A stretch of DNA of 64,000 bases from a virus, in IMG/VR virus record IMGVR_UViG_3300008262_000008, one strand, 5' to 3'. A program made the position numbers and the translations under genes. The notes under the pieces were generated by a model. That model was given only the letters and a program-made list of their open reading frames with translations. It made no database searches and was not told where the DNA came from. This document shows positions 58,138 through 64,000 of this stretch, piece after piece. Every line of letters starts with the position of its first letter. Position 1 is the first letter of the stretch.

Positions 58138-58291
58138 ATTGTGTCATGTCACCCTTACCCGCCAAAGATTTAGATAACAACTGTGCATATGTTTCCATAT
58201 ATGCTGGATCAAAGGATTGCATATTACTTTTTTTAATACAATCTCTCATTTCTTTGAGTTGTTTCCATTCTTGTTCGGTCATGTCTGTCAT
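58115..58291 (-). CDS. Small hypothetical protein (58 aa)
   Basis: Hand-translated MTDMTEQEWKQLKEMRDCIKKSNMQSFDPAYMETYAQLLSKSLAGKGDMTQFDGPTNY. Confidence 0.6.
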   Translation of the reverse strand: MTDMTEQEWKQLKEMRDCIKKSNMQSFDPAYMETYAQLLSKSLAGKGDMTQFDGPTNY

Positions 58292-58356
58292 GAGTTCCGC
58301 TTGAGTTACAATAGTATATTATCAGGAAAGCAACACAAATCAAGAAATCTTAATGT

Positions 58357-58656
58357 TTAATACAGATTGCTGTAACATTCCGCAACATAATCATTTTTAA
58401 TAAGTTTATGTCTTTCAATGTATTTGTGTACATGTGATTCATGCGAGAACCAGCACACTTTTTTACCCTTTTCTTCTTTATGTTCAATACGATAAGGGAA
58501 TGTTTCATATGGAAACTTATTCAAATCATTCGTAGGTTTGATGATTTGAGTATTCTCTACTTTCTTCACCCTAGTTTTGGGTGTAATTGGTTGTTTTTTT
58601 GGTGCTTTCTTCTTTGCTGCTGGTTTAGTCTCTTCAGTTTTCTTTACTCGGGGCAT
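58357..58656 (-). CDS. Lys-rich conserved hypothetical protein (99 aa)
   Basis: Basic N-terminus, then FPYETFP.R.EH.....CWF....H..KYIER. Confidence 0.7.
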   Translation of the reverse strand: MPRVKKTEETKPAAKKKAPKKQPITPKTRVKKVENTQIIKPTNDLNKFPYETFPYRIEHKEEKGKKVCWFSHESHVHKYIERHKLIKNDYVAECYSNLY

Positions 58657-59051
58657 CAGCGTCCTGTCACATCGGTGTGGTCCTGTATCCTACCATATCT
58701 GAAGTGGATTTGCAACCTGGGCCAGTCTTCCCATGCTCCTTTCCAATTAGCAGGATACACTTCAATATACTTTGTGATGTAGCATGGTTGATACTTACCA
58801 TGCACACCAGTAGGTATCCATTCGTGATTAAAGAACTTCTTGTCTGGATCATACTTAGGATGACCCTCTTCGTATATTTCTAATGAATGTGTGCCATGAT
58901 AACTTGGATACCACAAAAGACCACTGGGATCTAACCAATAGTCTGTCATTGTGCCACCAATACCATCTTCAATATCTTTAGTTTGACACACTACATTTGT
59001 GAACTGTTCTCCTATATCATACGATGAACGAAAATAGTCAAACATTCCCAT
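58656..59051 (-). CDS. Conserved cyanophage hypothetical protein (131 aa)
   Basis: MGMFDY.RSSY.IG.......CQTKDI......M..YW.DP.G.L. Confidence 0.75.
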   Translation of the reverse strand: MGMFDYFRSSYDIGEQFTNVVCQTKDIEDGIGGTMTDYWLDPSGLLWYPSYHGTHSLEIYEEGHPKYDPDKKFFNHEWIPTGVHGKYQPCYITKYIEVYPANWKGAWEDWPRLQIHFRYGRIQDHTDVTGR

Positions 59052-59053
59052 TA

Positions 59054-59527
59054 TTATTCTCCTAGTGTGTGAATGACAGGTTTTTCATGTGCAAGAATAT
59101 GATAGAGATCAGGATCTTTTGCTGCTGATACAGGAATAAACTCAGTTTCAGGATTAAACTCTTCATCGCGGATTGCTTGGTTGATGACAATCGATCCTTC
59201 AGCACCAGAGTATGAACGATGATATGTCATCTTAGGAATGTATAATGCACCTGATGAACGATTAAGATGTACAATATGATAAGGATACCGCCATTCTGTA
59301 TTCACTAGTTCAAATGTGCGAATACCAGACAGAACACGATTATGATCTACCTGATGATAATGAATATAAAATTGTTTTGCTCCTACAATATCATCGGGTG
59401 GTGAAATAGCAGCACCAGTATGAATTACAAGATCTTGTGCGTTTGAGTTTTCTACAGAGATGTCATAGAATACAACTGCATCTGTTTCCCTGAATACTCT
59501 ATGTTTTTTAAAGTGAACTTCGCTCAT
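59054..59527 (-). CDS. hn: Cyanobacterial/cyanophage hn-type cupin-fold protein (historically labelled hemagglutinin-neuraminidase)
   Basis: FRETDAVVFYDISV..SNAQDLV.H.G.AISPP.D..GAKQFYIH.HQ.D.NRVLSG.RTFELVN and HRS.SG..GS.VINQA.R. Confidence 0.75.
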   Translation of the reverse strand: MSEVHFKKHRVFRETDAVVFYDISVENSNAQDLVIHTGAAISPPDDIVGAKQFYIHYHQVDHNRVLSGIRTFELVNTEWRYPYHIVHLNRSSGALYIPKMTYHRSYSGAEGSIVINQAIRDEEFNPETEFIPVSAAKDPDLYHILAHEKPVIHTLGE

Positions 59528-59549
59528 AATTTAACTCCATCTTGCATAT

Positions 59550-59732
59550 TTATTCTGCTCGATCAAACTCTTCAATTTGATCTGCAGATACTTCATGTTC
59601 ACCAGCAACGAGATACCAATGGTGTCCTGCACGTTCTCCAAGATATTTCATTTGATCTTCTTGAAAATGATTTTCTCTCATTGCTGCTTGAATCTTCAAG
59701 TGAATTAATTCTTCATGTGTTGGTACTTTCAT
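59550..59732 (-). CDS. Conserved cyanophage hypothetical protein (60 aa)
   Basis: HLKIQAAMRE..F......YLG.....HWY...GEHEV...QIE.F. Confidence 0.75.
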   Translation of the reverse strand: MKVPTHEELIHLKIQAAMRENHFQEDQMKYLGERAGHHWYLVAGEHEVSADQIEEFDRAE

Positions 59733-59929
59733 TCTGATAACCTCAATTTACGTTCGGGTGAAGGGATGTGTATAAGAAAGGGATCATCGTATGGATAGAT
59801 ATATTCATCATACCATCCATAACATAATGCTTCCCAAAACTCGGGTGTATTGTAACTATCCCAAGCATACATGAAGTTGTGATATCCTTCAAGGAAGTCT
59901 TCCCATTTTGTTTGTTTAACAAGTCTCAT
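59729..59929 (-). CDS. Trp/Tyr-rich hypothetical protein
   Basis: Track ORF 59729..59962, likely start MRLVKQ at 59929. Confidence 0.55.
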   Translation of the reverse strand: MRLVKQTKWEDFLEGYHNFMYAWDSYNTPEFWEALCYGWYDEYIYPYDDPFLIHIPSPERKLRLSE

Positions 59930-60185
59930 TGGAATAATATATTCTAAGGTTGTCACCACCAATATTCATGTGGTAGATTTTGCCGTCGTTGGTGTAGATA
60001 CCAATCCACACATGACGACCTTCTTCCATAGTTTCGTAGTGAAACATTCTAATATCTTCCAGCACAATTTCGTCTGGGTTCTTTTCAAATCTACTCATTT
60101 TGTTCTCCACTCTTTTGTATTCTACACCCATAATGGTTGCAGTATCACCTTCTATAAGAACTTTTGATATGTCTATTTCAGTCAT
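59916..60185 (-). CDS. Hypothetical protein (89 aa)
   Basis: Track ORF, coupled to neighbours. Confidence 0.65.
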   Translation of the reverse strand: MTEIDISKVLIEGDTATIMGVEYKRVENKMSRFEKNPDEIVLEDIRMFHYETMEEGRHVWIGIYTNDGKIYHMNIGGDNLRIYYSNETC

Positions 60186-60528
60186 CTCTCAAACTATCCA
60201 ATACTTGAAGAAGAAAAGCAATAGAGTTAGCATACTCTCGTCCATCTTGACCGCCCATTACAATATAGGCAATCTCTTTCTCTGCTAGTTCGATACGTTC
60301 ATTCCGTGTGAGTTCTTGTAGTGTGGGGCGATACCAATTACCATCAGCATCTTGTTTGAATCCAGCAGCAAGTTTTTCTTTTTCTTCCCTCTCAATCTTC
60401 GCAAGTTGTTTTAGAGCATCACCATTCTCTTCATAGAGTTTATCAAGGGCATCTAATGCTTTACGCTCTGCTTCACGACGCTCTGCTTCTTCAAACATTT
60501 CGTCGGGATATGGTCCACTTTCAATCAT
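60178..60528 (-). CDS. Hypothetical protein (116 aa)
   Basis: Track ORF, helical and charged. Confidence 0.65.
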   Translation of the reverse strand: MIESGPYPDEMFEEAERREAERKALDALDKLYEENGDALKQLAKIEREEKEKLAAGFKQDADGNWYRPTLQELTRNERIELAEKEIAYIVMGGQDGREYANSIAFLLQVLDSLRDD

Positions 60529-60764
60529 TTGTTCTTCTCACAATACAGGAAATACTTGTACTCTGCAACTTGGTGTGGTGCATATCTTACCACATCACAC
60601 TCTTTGTACTTATCAACCACTTCAAATGATGCCTCCAATGGTTTATCACCAGAAGCAAAGTGTGCTAGTACAATCAGAATAATGATGAATACAACAGAGG
60701 CACCAAGAAATACACTAACACCACGCAGAAACTCTTTGAGAGCATACTTATCTTCTTCAGTCAT
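60525..60764 (-). CDS. Membrane-anchored hypothetical protein (79 aa)
   Basis: TM helix followed by FEVVDKY..C.VVRY.....YKYFL.C. Confidence 0.7.
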   Translation of the reverse strand: MTEEDKYALKEFLRGVSVFLGASVVFIIILIVLAHFASGDKPLEASFEVVDKYKECDVVRYAPHQVAEYKYFLYCEKNK

Positions 60765-60976
60765 TCGTCAATCTCCATGATTTCAATAACAGATTTGATC
60801 TTCTCTAGATCTTGCAGTCGTGCCTCAATTTCATCATACTGTTCGCAGAAGTCATCCATACGCTCTTGGTGTCCATCATCATCATAGTTTGTCTCCTCTC
60901 GGATCTCCCATTCTACATCAGACAGACGAGCACGAGTGTCATCGATGAAGTATTCTAGAGTGTCAATCAATCCCAT
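60761..60976 (-). CDS. Coiled-coil hypothetical protein
   Basis: Track ORF 60761..61018, likely start MGLIDTLEY at 60976. Confidence 0.65.
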   Translation of the reverse strand: MGLIDTLEYFIDDTRARLSDVEWEIREETNYDDDGHQERMDDFCEQYDEIEARLQDLEKIKSVIEIMEIDE

Positions 60977-61344
60977 GCTACATTTTGAACAAGAAACCCA
61001 GGCATCACATAAGTCCATGCGCCAGGATCATTCACACCACCAACTTTATATTCCCACTTATACTCAAACTTATTGTAACTATCCCAAGTCATATAACCTT
61101 TCTCTTTATCAAAGCGACCTTTGATAGTCAGAGCATGTTTGTTAGAATAAATGTTGCGAGTGCGAAGTGCTCCACCTTTTTCACGAGTTTCAATCACCAC
61201 ACATGTGTCAGGATAGGTTGCAAAACCTTGTTCCAACATACAAGGAGTTTCGTATCGAAATGGACGATAGAATGTTTGAGTTTCGGGTGTTGCATAAGCA
61301 GGAGAAATTAGCAACATAGAAGCAAACAAAAATTTTTTAAACAT
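60967..61344 (-). CDS. Secreted hypothetical protein (125 aa)
   Basis: Signal peptide MFKKFLFASMLLISPAYA, followed by a Cys pair. Confidence 0.7.
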   Translation of the reverse strand: MFKKFLFASMLLISPAYATPETQTFYRPFRYETPCMLEQGFATYPDTCVVIETREKGGALRTRNIYSNKHALTIKGRFDKEKGYMTWDSYNKFEYKWEYKVGGVNDPGAWTYVMPGFLVQNVAWD

Positions 61345-61426
61345 TAATTGTTCTCCTCAAATCGTTGTGGACCTTGAATAAAATAATTGACAATAAGTGC
61401 CAAGATCATAAGTAGAAAATAAGTGA

Positions 61427-61741
61427 TCATCCAACTACCCTCCAACATACAGTAGCATTTCCCTTGCGCGTAGAAGCAATATGAGCAAAAGCAGCATAAG
61501 AGAGATCCAAATCAGCATGAGAATATGGACCACGATCATTCACCCTCACGATTACTTGTTTGAGATTGTCTTGATTTGTAACCCTAATCTTAGTTCCCAT
61601 AGGTAGGTAAGGATGAGCAGCAGTCCAACGGTAAGCATCAAATCGTTCTCCGTTTGCAGTAGTATTGCCGTGGAACCCATCACCCATTCCATAGAATGTT
61701 GCAATTCCACAAGTTAGTCCAGCAATCAAAGATTCAATCAT
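61427..61741 (-). CDS. rlpA: RlpA-like double-psi beta-barrel (septal ring lytic transglycosylase family)
   Basis: ATFYG..FHG..TANGERFD....TAAH..LPMGT.IRVTN..N...V.VRVNDRGPY....LDLS.AAF..I. Confidence 0.9.
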   Translation of the reverse strand: MIESLIAGLTCGIATFYGMGDGFHGNTTANGERFDAYRWTAAHPYLPMGTKIRVTNQDNLKQVIVRVNDRGPYSHADLDLSYAAFAHIASTRKGNATVCWRVVG

Positions 61742-61932
61742 TTGTTTTTCAGTAGATTGTGATAGTGTTTTACTTCAGGGTTGTCATAATCAGCGCATCG
61801 TGGATAGAATATACCTTCCACATAGCATGATTTCTCTGGTTCACGATACACAACTTTGGGAGGTGTGTCTCTCTCGCAGATTATAGTACCTCGGATACAT
61901 GATGTCAAGACCCAAAATGCTGCTTCAATCAT
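61738..61932 (-). CDS. Hypothetical protein
   Basis: Track ORF 61738..61947, likely start MIEAAFW at 61932. Confidence 0.55.
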   Translation of the reverse strand: MIEAAFWVLTSCIRGTIICERDTPPKVVYREPEKSCYVEGIFYPRCADYDNPEVKHYHNLLKNK

Positions 61933-62107
61933 AAGGCACCTGCACATCTTTTTTCCATGTATCAGTATAGCACAACCACTTTTCTACCTGATGTGACATC
62001 TCAGCAGTCCAGTGTTGACCATTCTCATCAATCGCATCAAGATAATGAATACGAGTTTTAGGATCAATCGTGCGTGTGATGTGTGTGAATTTAACTCGTT
62101 CAATCAT
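61925..62107 (-). CDS. Hypothetical protein (60 aa)
   Basis: TRTIDPKTRIHYLDAIDE.G.HWTAEM. Confidence 0.65.
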   Translation of the reverse strand: MIERVKFTHITRTIDPKTRIHYLDAIDENGQHWTAEMSHQVEKWLCYTDTWKKDVQVPYD

Positions 62108-62303
62108 TTACAAACTCCCATTTACTATTGAAGAATACTCGTGTCCAAAATCGTATCCAACGATTAGGAATAAGATTATTCTCTGTAAAATTAATACAAA
62201 ATTGTCCTCCACCAAAGAAATCACAGGTACAAATGTATTTTACTATTGGTTGAATGTTCATTTCACTTAAACGATCCCAATCAAAACGTTTATCGTAACT
62301 CAT
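62100..62303 (-). CDS. Hypothetical protein (67 aa)
   Basis: Track ORF, coupled at both ends. Confidence 0.55.
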   Translation of the reverse strand: MSYDKRFDWDRLSEMNIQPIVKYICTCDFFGGGQFCINFTENNLIPNRWIRFWTRVFFNSKWEFVND

Positions 62304-62569
62304 CGCAGTTCCTCTTCTTCTTGTTCAATCTGGAAGATTGCGTTTAGAAAGTTCAAACCATACTTACCGACAACCCAGGCATCTTTATCCTCAAAGAACC
62401 TATCACCTATGGTTCTCATATCGTATCCTTCTTTGCCTTTATCAAAGAAAGCAATAACATAACAAGTTGGGTCCTTGAAGAAACTATCCTCTGTTGGAGT
62501 ATTCCACTTGACGAGTTCATACTTGTTGTTGCATTTACTCCAACGGAACTCAACATCACGAAATCTCAT
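62300..62569 (-). CDS. Conserved hypothetical protein (89 aa)
   Basis: MRFRD.EFRWS..NNKYELVKW...CYVIAFF......YDMRTIGDRFF. Confidence 0.75.
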   Translation of the reverse strand: MRFRDVEFRWSKCNNKYELVKWNTPTEDSFFKDPTCYVIAFFDKGKEGYDMRTIGDRFFEDKDAWVVGKYGLNFLNAIFQIEQEEEELR

Positions 62570-62748
62570 GAATAATCCTCTTCATCAAAGGTAAAGTATT
62601 CGTAGATTGAAGACATCACAGCATCTTCAATATCCTCAATAATAGCACCTTCAGTAGGATTCTCTACATGTTTGTGTGCCCGTGCATAACCACGACGCAC
62701 ACCTTCTTCGATTGCTTGTTCTAAAATAACTCGGAACTTAGGTTTCAT
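62566..62748 (-). CDS. Conserved hypothetical protein (60 aa)
   Basis: MKPKF..IL..AIEEGV..G..RAHKH.ENP. Confidence 0.75.
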   Translation of the reverse strand: MKPKFRVILEQAIEEGVRRGYARAHKHVENPTEGAIIEDIEDAVMSSIYEYFTFDEEDYS

Positions 62749-62960
62749 TCAATCACCTCCCAGTGAGAATCAGATTTGTCACCAAAACGATTAGTGCCAG
62801 TGCGGGTACTTACCCAGAAAAAGTATTTACGGTTTTCTGATGCTAAGAATAACTCACCACCAGTATCCTGCTCTACAATACAAACAGGATTTCCTTCCAT
62901 GATGTTAGCAAAACGGTTCTTTGCCTTGCTAGATTTAGGTTTTACAATAACCTTTCTCAT
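62745..62960 (-). CDS. Conserved hypothetical protein (71 aa)
   Basis: V.V.PKSSKAKNRFAN.M......C.VEQ......FL.S.NRKYFFW. Confidence 0.75.
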   Translation of the reverse strand: MRKVIVKPKSSKAKNRFANIMEGNPVCIVEQDTGGELFLASENRKYFFWVSTRTGTNRFGDKSDSHWEVIE

Positions 62961-63006
62961 GCTTTTAGATGCTTGATCAGTTCAGGGAAGTTTGCTTTAC
63001 CATGTA

Positions 63007-63062
63007 ATAATACCCCGCCTACCACGCACATGTCAAGTAGGAAGAGTATTAGTAAAAATAAT
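63007..63062 (-). promoter_or_regulatory. Sigma70-type promoter with degenerate palindrome (possible copy 9)
   Basis: ATTATTTTTACTAAT-11bp-TTGACA-18bp-TATTAT-TACATGGT. Confidence 0.6.
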
Positions 63063-63093
63063 GTCAGGTATAACTTATCCTTATCAGACGGGT

Positions 63094-63381
63094 TCATGAT
63101 GTAGTTCTATAATCACCAGATTTGTAACGACGATATGATGCTAGATTGCGTGGTTCAAAATCAAAGAAATCACAACGAATTTCAAACCATTTCCATCTAA
63201 ATGAGAACCCAACATCACGGGGTCCAATACCAACAATTAGAAATGGAATCCAACTAGGATCAGGATATTGATCCCATTGAACTACTAAATCAACGAGAGC
63301 AAATCTAGGATAACATGAGAGGACTTGGAAGTACCATTCATGTCCATAATCTTCATAGTGACAGTAATCAAGGAGTTTCAC
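63094..63381 (-). CDS. Hypothetical protein (95 aa)
   Basis: Track ORF, aromatic-rich. Confidence 0.65.
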   Translation of the reverse strand: MKLLDYCHYEDYGHEWYFQVLSCYPRFALVDLVVQWDQYPDPSWIPFLIVGIGPRDVGFSFRWKWFEIRCDFFDFEPRNLASYRRYKSGDYRTTS

Positions 63382-63581
63382 AGGTTTTCTATCTCTTTGG
63401 ATAACGTCATCATATCACCCTTGTCCAGCACTGTCAAGTTATTCATCTTCTGTGCTGTCATGGTTCTCACATGTTCCATAGTTTTACGAATGATAGCAGC
63501 AACAAGTTTGTTCTCAGTATCTGCCCAAGTATTACGTTCATTCCATATTTCAGTCATTAACTGTTGCGCTCTGTCACTCAC
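63378..63581 (-). CDS. Hypothetical protein (67 aa)
   Basis: Track ORF, coupled to neighbours. Confidence 0.65.
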   Translation of the reverse strand: MSDRAQQLMTEIWNERNTWADTENKLVAAIIRKTMEHVRTMTAQKMNNLTVLDKGDMMTLSKEIENL

Positions 63582-63789
63582 GATTTACTACCTCAAAACA
63601 TACTGAATTAAATTTTCCTTTGATCCCTCTAAGTTCTATCTTAGTATGTTGAGAATGTACATACACATGCTCAACATAATATCGATCACCTATGAATAAT
63701 AAACCGTTAGGGTCATCATTATTACCCCATCGTATCTGTTCTATAGAACATCCTAGAAACTTTACTGTATCTCCTACTTTAATATTCAT
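63574..63789 (-). CDS. Conserved hypothetical protein, SH3/KOW-like (71 aa)
   Basis: KVGD.VKF.GCS.EQ..WGNNDDP..L..G..Y.VE.V.VH..HTK..L....GKFNSVCF. Confidence 0.7.
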   Translation of the reverse strand: MNIKVGDTVKFLGCSIEQIRWGNNDDPNGLLFIGDRYYVEHVYVHSQHTKIELRGIKGKFNSVCFEVVNRE

Positions 63790-63950
63790 ATGATCCCCAT
63801 ATACTTAAGATAGCGTCTGTATGCAGCATATCGTCCTAAACTAGGTTGATCTTTAACTCCTAATTGATGACATATTTCACAATACATTAACCATTCATAC
63901 CATGGAGTAGTGGGATCTAATACATGATAAGGATAATCAGAGTTTTCCAC
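63786..63950 (-). CDS. Small conserved hypothetical protein (54 aa, GTG start)
   Basis: Hand-translated MENSDYPYHVLDPTTPWYEWLMYCEICHQLGVKDQPSLGRYAAYRRYLKYMGII. Confidence 0.65.
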   Translation of the reverse strand: MENSDYPYHVLDPTTPWYEWLMYCEICHQLGVKDQPSLGRYAAYRRYLKYMGII

Positions 63951-64000
63951 CTACAATTCCCTCATGTTTGATAGTATTAGTATCATCCCAACCATCTTGC

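Noticed and set aside
1-64000. tRNA/rRNA genes, inteins, introns, stop-codon recoding
   Set aside because: I recognised no cloverleaf or rRNA motif and no intein splice motifs, and the long ORFs are intact under the standard code. A tRNAscan/Infernal run would be needed to exclude these formally.

Overview
This window is part of a T4-like (myovirus) cyanophage genome, and every supported gene is on the minus strand. Positions 1-46.4 kb are the late virion module. In transcription order it holds a 716-aa structural protein, a PAAR-like spike, gp25, gp6, a giant 8074-aa gp7-like baseplate/adhesin protein, a YHYH-domain protein, gp8, a VrlC/DUF4815-like protein and a tail fibre that runs off the left edge, with T4-type late promoters (TATAAATA/ATAAATA). 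Positions 46.4-64 kb are an accessory/early region of many small ORFs driven by repeated sigma70-type promoters. It includes a DUF6445-like oxygenase, AbrB-like proteins, a PD-(D/E)XK-like nuclease, a KxDG ligase-like protein, an SF2 helicase, an HNH endonuclease, an hn-type cupin and RlpA. Three signals stand out. (1) Inside the giant protein the repeats are arranged A7-B7 and A3-B3, and the A7-B7 similarity pattern is mirror-symmetric, implying nested (self-inserted) domains that fold into hairpin rods. (2) Four perfect cyanobacterial-type DnaA boxes (TTTTCCACA) lie within 80 bp of non-coding phage DNA. (3) A 15-bp quasi-palindrome sits exactly 10 bp upstream of the -35 box of eight early promoters. 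All family calls come from motif recognition by eye, with no database searches. Small ORFs missing from the supplied track were translated by hand.
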